A stretch of DNA of 64,000 nucleotides from Eledone cirrhosa (GCA_964016885.1 OZ024743.1:191394001-191458000), one strand, 5' to 3'. Positions 42,557-55,218 are shown, counted from the stretch's first letter. Program-made: numbers and translations. The notes: generated by a model not told the origin, from the sequence alone.

Positions 42557-42773
42557 GGTTTCTTATATTGACACAAGACCAGCAATTTTGGGGGAAGGGA
42601 AGGCCGATTAAATCGACCCCAGTGCGTAACTGGTACTTTATTTTATCGACCCCATAAGGATGAAAGGCAAAGTTAACCTCGGCGGGTATTGAACTCAGAT
42701 CATAAACGGCCGTTACTCTGTGCTGCAAAGCATGGCGTCCGACCCTCTACAGATACTGCCAATCCACCGTCCT
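42557..42773 (-). mobile_element. Full-length tRNA-derived SINE with an 18-bp TSD
   Basis: A box TGGCAGTATC.G and B box GAGTTCAA. The TSD is catgttttattt(c/t)ataat at 42539-42556 and 42774-42791 (ATTAT... on the SINE strand). Confidence 0.9.
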
Positions 42774-43009
42774 CATGTTTTATTTTATAATGAGATTTGT
42801 TTTGTTATTTCTCGTCTTTCTGTGTTTCTGAAGTGTATCTTCTGATGTGTATAATATACACAACGTGTTTGTTTTTATCGTGTTTACTGTTCGAATGGTG
42901 ATGTGTTTTAGTGTAGGATTCTGTAATGTGATTCTAAAAATCACTCACCTTTTTTTGTCACATGTCCTTGTAATATGCTCTTATACATCGCTCTTTTCAC
43001 ATAAAATTA

Positions 43010-43360
43010 GTGGATTGGCAGTATCAGTAGCGGGTTGCAGTATAGTTACGGCCCTTTACAGTCTGAGTTCAAATCCTGCTGAGGTTAACTTTGCCTTTCA
43101 TCCTTACGGTCAAATAAAGAACCAGTAATGGACTGGGATAATTGCTGGCCTTGTGCCAAAAGTAGAAACAATTATTAGAGCGATAGATTCGTAGAGTCGG
43201 TAGAGCATCGGATAAATGCTTCACAGAATTTGTTCGAAATCAAACTTGCCTTTTATCCTTTCGGGCATCGATAAAATAAAATACCAGTCAGGTACTAGTA
43301 TCGATTTAATCAACTTTCCCCTACACCAAAATAACTGGCCTAGTGCTTAAAATAGAAAGT
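43010..43360 (+). mobile_element. Two tandem SINE copies (43010-43170 and a degenerate copy at 43180-43360)
   Basis: gtggattggcagtatc...gagttcaaatcc...ccttgtgccaaaagtagaaacaattatt, followed by a second diverged body. Confidence 0.8.
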
Positions 43361-43674
43361 GTTGCTATTACTAATAAGGATACTCTTGATAGTATTCGCT
43401 TCTGTTTAACCCCACACCAGCATTGATTCATTAAACCCATGATCAAAGGGGTTCCAAGTATACATTATCGATTGTTCGTCTTTTAACGGGTGTAATCTGG
43501 TAGATAGTCTGTGATTATTAGAATGTCAGGCTAACTCGAATAGATTCCGCTTATGAAGGTCAGCCTTGATTGAACAAACCTCTAATGGAAGGGATTTCAT
43601 TTATGCTAATGCTCCTAATTTGTTCAGGCGTAGCTTGTCTAGGATTTCATATCTAGTGTTTCTTTGTTTAGATC

Positions 43675-45453
43675 TTGGTTGTCCATCGTAAACGATGATG
43701 ACATCTTCTTTATTTTAGTTCCCGTGGCAGGGGAAGAGATAGGAGTCGCTTGAGGCAGCTGTTGATGCCTTTCTCCTCCTTTCACGGGCCTCAGTGACCT
43801 CTGCCCGTCTCTTCTCTTTAAAAGAGTCTTTGGCGCGTCTGGTAAGGGCTCGCCACTCAGTCCTTTCCTGAGCATAAGACTAGAATTGTTTTGGCGCGAT
43901 TACAGAGTTGTTGATACTGGACTTCACGCAGTCTTTGAACATCTTGAGAAGCCTGCCCCGCTTTCGTTTCCCCGAACGGAGTTCCCCATACATCAGTTGC
44001 TTCGGAAGTCTGTGATCGTCGTTCCGGATGACATGTCCCACGCATCGAAGTTGGCTCTTCAGTATCATAGCTTTGGCACTGGTTGTCTCAGCCATGTCAA
44101 GAACTTCGATGTTCGAGACCTTGTCCTGCCATTTGTTGTTCATGATTGACCGCAGACTGCGCATGTGGAACCGTTCCAGCTGCTTCAGGTGCCTTCTGTA
44201 CAGGGTCCATGTCTCACATCCGTAGAGGAGGCTGGTGAGAACAAAGGCCCTGTACACCTGCAGATTCTGGGGTTTATCTCCTTGTCGAGGCTTCCATCGC
44301 TGCTAATGACACTGCCGAGGTACTTGAAGTGGTCCACCATCTTTAGCTGGGTGCCTCCGATGGAGATAGAAGGAGGGTGGGCGACGGAGGCAGGTGCAGG
44401 CTGGAACAGGAGCTCAGTCTTGCCAAGGCTAATTGTGAGACCGAAGAGGCAGGAGGCCTCCGCGAACTTGTTGACGATGAGTTGGAGGTCAGACTCCCCG
44501 TGGGCCATGAGGGCACAATTGTCAGCAAAAAGTGCCTCCAGGACGATCCTCTGCACGGTCCTTGTCTTGGCCGTCAGGCGCCACAGGTCAAACAGGGAGC
44601 CGTCCAGTCTGCTTCGCAGATACACTCCGTGCTCGAGGTCCCTGACGGCATGATTGAGCACGCAGGTGAAGAACAGGTTTGAAGAGGACGGGAGCCTGCA
44701 CGCATCCTTGCTTGACGCCGTTGGTGATTCCGAACGGCTCCGATGCTTCTCCGCCCGAGCGCACCTGCCCGGTCATATCGTCATGGAATTGCCGTATCAG
44801 GTTCACAAACTTTGTCGGGCATCCAAACTTCGACAGGATCGACCAGAGTGCTTCCCTGTTGACAGTCTCCAATGCCTTTGTCAAGTCTATGAAGAGGGCA
44901 AAGAGGTCCATGTTCTGCTCGACACACTTCTCCTGCACCTGGCGTACAGAGATAAACATGTCGATCGTGCTGCGGTTTGGGCGGAACCCACACTGGGACT
45001 CACGCAGGTTGTCCTCCGAGATGTTGGCAATGAGGCGGTTGGGCATGACCCGAGCCAGGACCTTCCCAGCGATGGAGAGGAGAGAAATGCCCTGATAGTT
45101 GCCACAGTCAGTTTTGCTGCCTTTGTTCTTAAAAAGCGAGACAACTGTGGCATCCCTGAAGTTTTGGGGCACCTCTTCTTCCTCCCATATGATGACGAGG
45201 AGGGTGTGGAAGGCCCCCAGGGAAGCTGGACCGACCGACATGAAGATCTCGGCAGGAATCCCGTCCTTCCCAGGGGCCTTTCCTGAGCTTGTCTGGTTGA
45301 TTGCCTTCGTAACTTCATCCAACATGGAGGGGGGAGGTCGAGGCTGCCGACTACGGGCTTCTGTGAGACCTGGTCGAGAGCGGCAGGGTCGACAGTGGAG
45401 GGCCTCTTTATCAGGTTGCTGAAGTGCTCTCTCCACCTCGAGTTGATGCTGCT
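43675..45453 (-). mobile_element. RTE (BovB-like) retrotransposon, 3' segment containing RT
   Basis: GKAPGKDGIPAE, QCGFRPNRSTIDM, FIDLTKA, GVKQGC, LFADN, FKYLGS and LLYGCETW. 3' hairpin catcgtttacgatg at ~43684-43697. Confidence 0.92.
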
Positions 45454-47104
45454 GTTTATTTTGTTTTGATTCACCTTAGGCGCCTGAGGATCCTCCTCAG
45501 AAGCGATAGAGATGCGACTGAGAGACGGACTAATTCCTCTAAGAATGTGCCGAGCTGGTGATGGTATCTCTCGATCGCCAATGCAGGGCATCGTAGCCAA
45601 ATGTGTTCAGACAACTCCTCTTCTTCACCGCAGAGGGCATGTAGAGCAAAAGAGGGGGGGGGGGTGTTGTCTGAACGAATTCTCGCATGGCAGATTTGAC
45701 ATCGGCGAATGGAGATCGCTGCAGGACGGATGGTAGCCACGACATTAACCCCCCGACAGAAGCCACACACGAAGCCTTGAGGACTCTTTTTCTGTATTGG
45801 AGTCAGGCCGCTGCAGACCCTGTGGAAGATACGTCGGCAAGTCGAGCAGGAAATGGGCAGGAAGTCTTGTCGGGTCGTCCTGGAACATCCCGCGCAGGAT
45901 GAGCCAGAGTTCGACTCGACATCACCCGCCATGAGAAGTAACTTCCGGAGATGTAGGGGGGGGGGTCTTACAGCTCCGGTTGTCGAAAAAAAACAAAAAA
46001 AAAACAACGTGTCTCCCACGTAGCATCTCTGGGTGTATACAGATCCGAATTTGACAGATATCCTTTCGGGCATCCGACCGAACACATCGGACGTCCACGA
46101 AGGCCGCCACACGAGTAGGTTCCGGACTCTGGTTTGTGCTCTGTCACCACAGGTGTTATTGTCAATACCGCCGCCGCTGTTGCTACCTCTATTGTTGTTA
46201 AGTGCATCAACATCCTCCACTTCTCGACCGCTGCTTGATGACTAAGAGAACGAAATAGTTTTCGCCTGACATTTACTGTGTAACGATGACGAAACGAAAA
46301 AGGAAAAGGAAAAGGAAAAGAACGTAAAGGAAAGTGAAACTCGTCGCTGATAGGTGGATTATTATTGTGGAAGTATACACGTCGCAGGAATTTTGTTCCC
46401 GTAAGTTTGCGATTTTTGTACAGTTCAATTGCGAACGTATTTTTTTTTAATTATATTGTTTTGTTTCTCAACACACCCCGCTTCTCTTGAACTGGTCGAA
46501 ATTAATTGTTATTTAGCCTTCCTGGGCGAAATTCCAATTTGAACTTTTCATGTAGCAAATACACCCCCCCCCCCCCGAAAAATTGCGTCATTCAAAAAAC
46601 CCATCTCTCTGACATGTATACACTGCTGTTGCCGTCGTCGTCGTTGCCGTTGTTGCTGCTGCCGGTGATGTTGTGTCAGTTTGTTGCTGTTGTTGCTATC
46701 AAACACTAATTCACTGATTCCCAATCGAGAAAGTAGTCATATTGCAGGTTTTCTTTCAAAGTCCACTAGTTGTGCTGCTGGTACGGTTGTGATTTCTGTT
46801 GTTACCGCCTGCTTTATCTTGAATTCTTTGTTGCAACGTGGTAAGCCGGTAGTATATCCGTACGACGTTGAATTAACGTCTGACTCGCTGCTGTTGTTGC
46901 TACGGTTGCTGCCTCTAATTTTCTCAGTAATTTTCTTCAAAATGTTGAGTATGAAGAATTTGGTATTCTTAGAGGTGATCGCCGCTTACACGATACACAA
47001 ATGTTGCTGCTGCCTCTGTTGCTATTGTTATTGTTGTTGTTGTGATTATTGTTGTTGTTTGTCTCTCCGTTCATGGTGTATTCCTCTTGCTCTTGTTGAA
47101 CAGC
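45454..47104 (-). mobile_element. 1651-bp retroposed insert within the RTE, flanked by a 13-bp TSD
   Basis: agttgatgctgct at 45441-45453 and 47105-47117. Removing the insert restores RTE ...LLKEKSSINSRWREHF. The 3' end is A-rich (aaaacaaaataaac). Confidence 0.9.
45471..45960 (-). pseudogene. Internally deleted LINE ORF: degenerate 2A/StopGo peptide, PHD finger and C-terminal CCHC region
   Basis: LRKLLLMAGDVESNSGS (45900-45950; consensus GDVExNPGP), then a C4HC3 finger CAGC..CSTC....H..C...CGFC (45756-45896), then CGEEEELSEHIWLRCP. Confidence 0.8.
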
Positions 47105-49275
47105 AGTTGATGCTGCTCTTCTCTTTCAGCAGGATCGAGCCGTCAGCAGCCAGCAGCCGTGTGGTGACAGGATTGGGGCGTCCGAAGACGTCCCCGATAG
47201 CGCTGAAGAACATCTTGGAATTCTTTGTGTCAGTGTATCTCTCTACTCCTTCGCCCTTCTTTTCCCACCGCTTATCCTGCATTCTGCGTAGCGCTGCTTG
47301 GGTCTGCCTGTGGAGGTGCTTGAAGCGGTCGCGCTTCGAGGTAGAGGAGCTGTCATTCTGCCACTCAATGAAAGTCCTCCTCTTCTCGTCTAGGAGTTGT
47401 CTGATGCGCTTATCGTTTTCATCAAACCAGTCTTGGTGGACTCTCTTCCTCGGCCCAATGGTTGCCTTGGCTTACTCTGTCACCAGCGACTTGAACTGGT
47501 CCCACTGTTGAGTTGGGGGTCCGGTCAGTGGTCCATGGGCAGTCAGCCGGCCGTCCAGGTCTTCCGCCAACGCATCACGATGCTCTGGATGCTTGAGTCG
47601 TGCGACGTCGAAAGCTGACCTACAGACTTTCGGGGTCTTGCGCTGCGTTAGGGTGATGTGCAGAGACAGGATGGTCCTGACAAGGCGATGGTCGGTGCAA
47701 CACTCTGCACCACGCATAGCCCTGGTGAGTCTGACGTCACGGATGTCCCTCCTACGGCATATGGCAAAGTCAATCAGATGCCACTGTTTGGATCTGGGGT
47801 GCATCAATGTCGTCTTGAACTTGTCTGCTTGGCGGAACAGTGTGCTGCTGATAGTGAGATCGTTCTCGGCGCAGAAACTTAACAGTATGAGGCCGTTAGA
47901 GTTCAGCTCCCTGTGCCGTCAGGTCCCAGCACGCCTCTCCAGTTGCTGCTGGCAGACCCGACTCTTGCGATTAAGTCCTGCAGTAGGATGAGTTTATCGC
48001 TTGGCAGAACGCCCTTCACGAGTGCGTTGAGTTCCCCGTAGAAAGCGTCCTTGGCTTCATCGCTGCTGTTGATAGTGGGGGCGTACGCGCTGATGACTGG
48101 GACATGCCGAGATGGGTCAAGGGGGAAACGGAGCTGCATCAGTCGCTCACTCACAGGGGTTCGGAGGTCTGGTAGCTGCCTGCAGACGGAAGTCCTGATG
48201 GCCAGGCCTACCCCGTACATTCTGTCCTATTCCTTTGCATTGCCCTTCCAGAAGAAGATGTAGCCTCCTTTCGGTTCTGCTACTGATCCTTCTTCGGCGA
48301 GTCTAGTCTCGCTGAGGGTGGCTATGTCGATCCGGTAGTGAACTAATTCCCTTGCTATGAGGGCAGTTCTTCTCTCTGGCCTCAAGGAGGTCTCCCTATC
48401 CATGAAGGTGCGCACATTCCATGCGCCAAGAATCAAGTTCTTCTTTTTATTATGTTGGTTTCTACCACTTGCAAGGGTAAAACCGCCAGCCGCGGTAGAC
48501 TGGCCGGCTTTGTGTGGGATGATCATTTGGTTAGGGCTCCTTTTATCACCCCTCCTCTCGTGCAAGGGTTAGCAGTGCACCCCTGAAAAGGGCTGCTCAG
48601 TCGCCCGGTGGAATGCCTGATCACCTCTGTCATCCCAGGGTCAGGAGGAGAACGACTTCCGCATCCCGGCCGCCCACGTGTGGGTTTGAGATTGGCCACT
48701 CCCAGAGGTTACCTCCATCTGTTACCTCCACCTCTCGCTCATCGCCGCATGGCTTTGGGGGTGCACGCTAAAAAAGAAACCTGTGCGGGAAAGGTTTATA
48801 GTGGGAGGGCCAGTGCACAGTCACGGTCCCACTCACTCGGCCACAGAAGCCAGAATCCGGTGGTACTGAGGACCGTCACGACCAGGGACTTCCTTGGCTG
48901 CAGTGGATTACTCGACGTCTGTAGTGCCTTGCCGTGCCCTAGCTCTCCACGCCGCTTGCTGTCGCCGCCTTCATGACTGTTGGGACGATGTGCTCCTCCT
49001 ACACTCACCCCGCCGGGTCCAGTCTTCGCATGCAGGGGCAGGCATCCCCTATCTAACTCACCGGGGGGTTTAACCCGTCCGGCTACCCTCAACCTGGTTC
49101 GGCCCGACAGCCAAGGTGGTTTACCAGGGTGTGGCCGCTGTTGCATGCTACAACTTCTTTGGGCCACAGGTGAGAGCTGAGTGTCAGGTGGGACCAATGC
49201 AGGACGAGCTGTCCTGAAACGGGCATGGCTAGCTCCCCCTACAAAGGTACATGCCCCTCCTTGACACCCCAGCCA
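47105..49275 (-). mobile_element. RTE retrotransposon, 5' segment (GC-rich 5' UTR and APE endonuclease)
   Basis: LGAWNVRT, IATLSETRL, ISAYAPT, HPRSKQWHLIDF and CTDHRLV; continues into 45453 across the TSD. Confidence 0.92.
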
Positions 49276-49334
49276 TATACACACGTATATACATACACAT
49301 ACATATGTACATGTGTATATACATATTTACACAT

Positions 49335-49532
49335 TTTTGGAAGACCGTTGACTCTTATCAGTTCTTCCGCCCTTTGTCAGGTTTTGTTTTTTGTCCTGCA
49401 GGGTGTCCAAAATCACCCTCCTCACCAAGTAAACTTGGTGGGGTTGCCAATTTAGTCGCCGACGACCCGACCATGCGACAGGTTGTACTGGTTTACATGT
49501 TACCAGTAGCACTCAAGAGTGACCTGACCTAG
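49335..49532 (-). repeat. Dispersed structured repeat related to 39280-39430
   Basis: Shares the block described at 39280; several short hairpins (tactgg/ccagta, gtcg/cgac). Confidence 0.6.
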
Positions 49533-49794
49533 ATACAATAAGTATAATTGGAGACAGATAGAGAGAATGGTAAAAAGAGAAACAAAGAGTAAAAAAACTG
49601 CTATTTCTAATAAGTCATGAAGAGAGGCCTTGTTTAACCCCGCATGACCTGTAGTGCATAATATAGCTTACATAGAAATCAGTTACGCATATACGCATGA
49701 CTTTTCATTGCTATATTGCACTCTTCACAACAAAATAGACCATCCACGCTATCGACATTTGCATGTCATCATTCATTAGCTGCATATAGTTGTT

Positions 49795-49868
49795 GCTTAA
49801 CCCCAGATTAAACTTCATCAAACAGACCTATGATCAAAGACATTCCAGTATTAACCAAGCCGTCTTTT
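49795..49868 (+). repeat. Short dispersed repeat family (also ~6258-6300, ~43405-43483, ~43556-43600)
   Basis: ttaacccca..tcag.c.tgat..a.cagaccta tgatcaaag...ttcca motif in several diverged copies. Confidence 0.55.
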
Positions 49869-51069
49869 CTGTGTAGAGGGTTGATTGGAGTCAATTTAGA
49901 TACTATTTCTATCAGTCCATTTGCCCATGTAGATACACTCTGCTAGGCGATATCATGGAAGTCACGTGTACGTCAACGACGTTAATGATGTCATCATCAT
50001 GTTCATTATTATGTCAGTAGTCTTCCTGCTCATCATCATCATCATCACAATTGTCATCGTCATCGCCATCGGCATCATTGTTGTCATCACCAGCATTTTA
50101 TTTTATTTTACTTTTTGTTTACATTTAATACTTTTGTCAAAGAGCAAAAACTCCATAAGCCCTACCACCATATTTTCAAAAATTATTTGCTACATAAGAA
50201 TTGCAAAATAATTTGTAAATAACCCGGGCACTGCCATCCGGAACGCACTTCTGTTTCGAGCCGTTCGCCATCCAGACCTCTAATGTGTTTGTCCCTCGAA
50301 CTGCCGTTTTTCTCCACAAAATCGCGAGTAGCCCATCCTTCCTGAGAAAAGAGCCACGTGAGGTTGATTGATTGATGTAGTTGATATCACTAACTGTTCC
50401 CCGCAGCAATACATTCGCCATATTAGCTGTAGTGCACAGTTGGAATATACCACATAAACAGGGCTGTAGAGTCTGCCCCTTACTTACACCTCTCTCTTAG
50501 TTTCGCTATTTTGGGGAAGCTCTTTCGTTTTCTTTTTTTTTTATATTCAAACGTTGATGAAATATAAATATACTTCTTTAATAACATTTTGTAAATATAT
50601 TGAAACATGTTTTGCTTGAGATTACAACCGCGTTTTCTCGTCTCTGTTTGCTAGTAGCTTATGTCTTTGTTTCCACTGCTTGACTCTGCAATAGCTAACA
50701 TTAACCATATTAGCCTAACTTAATCTAACCTAACCCGACCGAACATTAACAGGCTATGAATTCATGATTTCCTCTCTAAGTCAATTATAGTGGCACAAAA
50801 AGGTTAAAACTGAATTACGTTCTTTGTCAAATATATACAACCATTTTCCAATCATTGTCTTTCCTGAGATTTATATTTGCTTCTTGATACGCACTTAAAT
50901 AACACCAGCCATCGCTCTCTTTAGCCAGACAGTCTCCTAGGCTTTACATTTCTCAGCTTTTAGCATATTATCAGCCTTTTAGTTGACATAATATCTTACG
51001 GCGTTGATCTTTTCTCCACTTAGACAGCGTACCAGTTCAACGGAATATACTAACACGATACTTACGTGT

Positions 51070-51092
51070 TACTACTACTACTACTACTACTA

Positions 51093-51126
<34 letters not shown>

Positions 51127-51158
51127 CACTACTACTACTACTATCACTACAACTACTA

Positions 51159-51190
<32 letters not shown>

Positions 51191-51220
51191 GCTGATGCTG
51201 CTGCTACTACTACTACTACA
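51070..51220. repeat. (TAC)n microsatellite
   Basis: Direct reading. Confidence 0.95.
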
Positions 51221-51621
51221 CCTGAAATTGTTATTGTTGGTGTTTTATTTGCTCTTTGCTGTTAATGACTGTTAATGTTGTTATTGCTTTTATTGTGGTT
51301 TATATTTCGTGATATTCTATAAGATAAAATATTTGGTTGAAGAACAAATCGCGTGATACAAGTTGAGCAGGAAATAGAACAATACTTCTCATACCACAAA
51401 GGATATTGTAAGAAGTTTCTAGACGCTAATATAATGCTCATGATATTTTGTTGACATGTCAGCAGCGATTACTGTATTGGTTCAAGTAAATGAATAAAGG
51501 TAAACAACAATAATAATAATAAGGTTTATTCTGTTCTCACTCTACCCTTTCTCTCTCTCACTTCCTTTCTTTCTCTATCTATCTATCTGTTTCTCTACAC
51601 AAACTTGCACATACACACTCA

Positions 51622-51654
<33 letters not shown>

Positions 51655-51661
51655 CATATAG

Positions 51662-51746
<85 letters not shown>

Positions 51747-51826
51747 GTAAACGGAAATAATAACACAAACGGTACAGTATATGGAAGGAATATATAAGTT
51801 TAACGCTTGAAATAGCAGTGAGAGTG

Positions 51827-51860
51827 TCTTAACTTTTCGGACGCTAGTCCTTCATCAGAA
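51827..51860 (-). ncRNA. Minimal hammerhead-like motif between (TG)n and (TA)n tracts
   Basis: Minus strand CTGATGA-a-GGAC-tagc-GTCC-GAAA-agtta with a perfect stem II. The stem I 5' strand is lost into (TA)n. Confidence 0.6.
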
Positions 51861-51915
51861 TTATATATATATATATATGTGTGCGTGTGTGTGTGTGTGT
51901 GCATGTCTGTGTGTG

Positions 51916-51998
<83 letters not shown>

Positions 51999-53179
51999 GT
52001 GTGTATACATAATTATGACTAGTTTTCCAGAGGAACCGTAGAGAACCACAGTTCAATAAGGTACTCAATACGTTAGTAGAGAAGTTACATATTTATTTCA
52101 TATAGAATGTGGGTCCATTCCGTGAAATATGATTTCATTGAAGTACTATTATGTTCTGGAGAAAATATATTTCATTTATGATGTATTATTGGCTATATGA
52201 AATATAATAATTCTAAAATTTTCAGATATTCATTAACTATGTAAGTTTGAATTTTGTTGTTCTCTGACAAAATGGATACATATTTTGTGTATTTATTTCT
52301 TTAAATATGTTTTGTTATTGTTGAAACAGGATGTATACATAAATGTCCTCGGAAGCGATCAGGCTACGTTGAACAAATGTAGTATAGTGTGGCCTTGACG
52401 ATATTGTAATGAGTGTTATAGATGAAAGCTGATAATGCAGACGAAATAAAGATTCATAGAAACAATTTGAAACCTCAACCCAAGAATAGCTGTTAAAACA
52501 GCCAAATATAGTCAATGACAGTATGCAGGGTCGGGTTAAAATGCCTCAAAGGACAGAGATCAGTGGCCAGTGGTCGGTAAATAGAAAGGCAAAGCTGTGA
52601 GGTGGATGATAAGCAGATGAAATATAGAAACGATTGAGAGGAAGGAGGAGTGTGTTAGCACGTAGAAGTGAGATTAAGAAAAAAGAAAAGGAAAAAAGTT
52701 TGAGTTATGAACAATACACATTCCCAAACATCCGCCTCATAAACTCTCAAACAGGCAAGCGGTTTCGCACGATTTAATTGAGGACTGCATAATTTGCCAG
52801 CTCGTTCAACAGAAAATAAATATTTCCGTTGGTGTGATGTGTGCGCGATATAAAGGTAAATAAATAAACATCGTTGTCACGAAAATCGACACGTGAAATT
52901 CATAGAAATAATTTAAAATCTCGTAAAAACTGATAAAACAACCAAATGCCGTCAAAGACAGCATTCAAGGGTACATTTTTCTGCGCCAGAATACAAAATA
53001 TTGTCAAAAATCTTTAGATTCGGTAACAACGTTTGCGTGGATGTTCTAATCGGAAGGATTCTCTAGGATTTCCTTTCGACAATGTTCTCGTAACTTAGCC
53101 AATGGGTTTGAGAGAAAGTAAAGCACTTCAAACAAAAATCTAAAATGAATAACAGTCATATTTTTTTATATATACATGT

Positions 53180-53395
53180 ATCTAGAGAGAGAGGGTGAGA
53201 GAGAGTAAGAGAGAGTGAGAGAAGGAAAGAGAGTGAGAGAGATAGAGTGAGTGAGAGAGAGAAGGAAAGAGAGTGTGAGTAAGAGAGAGAAAGAGGAGAG
53301 AGAGAGTGAGTGTGAGAAAGAGAGGGAATGAGTGAGAGAGAGAGAAGGAGAGAGTGTGAGAGTGTGTGAAAGAGAGAGAGAGAGGGAGGGGGGGT
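53180..53395. repeat. Degenerate (GA)n/(GAGT)n tract
   Basis: Direct reading. Confidence 0.9.
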
Positions 53396-53589
53396 GGACT
53401 TGATATAGCAACATCGAAAACAAGTCCGTACGTTTTGTGAGTCTGAATTTGTGGGATTTGTTTGAATTGTAATCAGTGGAAATGATTTTGTTGCAAATTG
53501 ATAATAGGGCGCCATACCTTGTCCAGAGATAAGGTAACTCCATAATGTTTAGGTCTTTCATTTTCCAGCCTAGAAGCGTCTAGCTACCT

Positions 53590-54220
53590 ATCACGACTGA
53601 AGTCCTAGTAGAAAAGTCGACAGTAGCGTCACCTTTTCCACCACCACAACTACAAACAACAGTGCCACGGTCGCCAACAAGAACAACAGCAGCAGTAATA
53701 TCGGCAAAGAAAAAGAACACAACAAGAGAATTATAAAATCATTAGGGAGCGCTACTCGCATTACGTAAGGACCCATAATATAAGAATTACATATAGGCTT
53801 TTAAAGAGGTTCCCAAAGGAAACCACATCAAATATGGTGGCCGAACCACCCGATCTCCAACAGCACTTGAAGGGAAAGTAGCACCCCCCGCCCCTCTTTT
53901 ATTTCTTTGCTTAGTTAAGGAGTCAACATGGTTATCATAGAAATAGGATGCATAAATGTTCGTGGCTTCACCTCACTAAAATATGGATGTGATTGCCACC
54001 AGAGAGACCAGGATTTCCGACACGCGTGTACTAGCCCCAGTTTTTGACGACTATAAGATCTGTGCATCTCTTAATCGGCCTGTAAAGGGAAGCCGGGTGA
54101 AAGTGTTGTTTAGGAAAAGCCTGGATATAGAGGTACGGACGAACTTCCTGGACCCGGACGATATGTTGGGTGTACTTGACGTGAGCAAATAGTAAAGATG
54201 GTACTTTTAGACTGGAGGAC
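53590..54220 (+). mobile_element. Old fragment of a related Tx1 family (end of ORF1 and start of APE)
   Basis: From ATG 53928: MVIIEIGCINVRGF...DVIATRETRISDTRVLAPVFDDYKICASLNRP...VLFRKSLD...FLDP, homologous to ORF2 at 23160. The 5' boundary is uncertain. Confidence 0.7.
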
Positions 54221-54472
54221 AAGGAGATTTGGAAACACATTGTATTCAATATGCAAAACTACATGTTTGTGGACTAGAAGTTAAGTTACATTACACCAGT
54301 GTATATATCGTTATTCCTAGTTCATAAACGCCCTGATCTACGAAATTAGAAAATAATTTGGGATAGCCCAGGGATCATCTCTCCCTGAAAGTTAAAATGT
54401 ATCAATGTGTTTAATTGATCTTTTAAAAAGGAATTATAAAGATTCAGATTGCGTTTTATAATTTAAAGCTAT

Positions 54473-54688
54473 GGGTGGTATAATGGCAGTATCGGTAGAT
54501 CGTCAGACAACATGCTTTGTAGCATAGAGTCACGGTCCTTTATTATCTGAGTTCAAATCCCGCCGAGTTTAACTTTGCCTTTCATCCTTACGGGGTCGAT
54601 AAAATAAAGTACCAGTCACGCACTGGGGTCGATTTAATCGAATTTCCCCTCCCCCAAAATTCCTGGCCTTGTGCCTATATAAGAAACC
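54473..54688 (+). mobile_element. Full-length tRNA-derived SINE with a 12-bp TSD
   Basis: A box TGGCAGTATCGG and B box GAGTTCAAATCC. The TSD is atttaaagctat at 54461-54472 and 54692-54703. Confidence 0.9.
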
Positions 54689-54704
54689 ATTATTTAAAGC
54701 TATC

Positions 54705-54997
54705 GGCGGTGGATTGGCAGTACGGTAGATCGCCAGACGCCATGCTTTGCAGCATAGAGTTACGGCACTCGGAGTTCAAATCCCGCCGAGGTGTGATTTG
54801 CCGTTCATCCTTACGGGGTCGATAAAATAAAGCACCAGTAATACACTGGGGTAGATTTAATTGGCTTTCCCCTCTCCCCTCTCATTTGAAAGACAAAGCT
54901 AACCTCGGCGGGGTTTGAACCCAAAACATAAAGGGCCGTAACTTTATGCCGCACAGCACATTGTCCGACGTTCTACCAATACTGCCAATCCGCTGCC
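54705..54997. mobile_element. Two further SINE pieces joined tail-to-tail (54705-54880 plus; 54885-54997 minus)
   Basis: ggcggtggattggcagtac... on plus; ...aacctcggcggggtttgaac...actgccaatccgctgcc is a SINE head on minus. Confidence 0.82.
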
Positions 54998-55043
54998 CTG
55001 TAAATAACAAACCATACACACACACACATGTGTGTATATATAT

Positions 55044-55151
55044 ATATGTTGTAGCTCTGGTTCGTCAGAATTATTGATCGCTTGCCACACATCTCGGAAG
55101 TTGTTTTTCGCTAATTCCAAAGCCGAAATACGATTCTCGCTAATTTATATT

Positions 55152-55153
<2 letters not shown>
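55044..55153 (+). mobile_element. Terminal ~110-bp fragment of the (TA)n-bounded 590-bp repeat
   Basis: Matches the reverse complement of 37866-37975 and is flanked by (TA)n on both sides. Confidence 0.8.

Positions 55154-55218
<65 letters not shown>

Noticed and set aside
46060-46150. Possible HDV-like ribozyme upstream of the 2A motif
   Set aside because: A hairpin (cgtccgat/gtcggatg) is present, but no P1 partner or proper P3 could be built.
46681-47511. 276-aa plus-strand ORF
   Set aside because: It is the antisense shadow of the RTE and its insert, and it crosses the insertion junction.
54473-54565. Possible tRNA gene (A and B boxes)
   Set aside because: The box spacing is extended and the sequence continues into the SINE body, so it is a SINE head.
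55060-55115. Possible type II hammerhead in the 590-bp repeat (minus strand GAAA...TC...CTGACGA)
   Set aside because: Stem II does not pair and the core is not conserved in the other copies.
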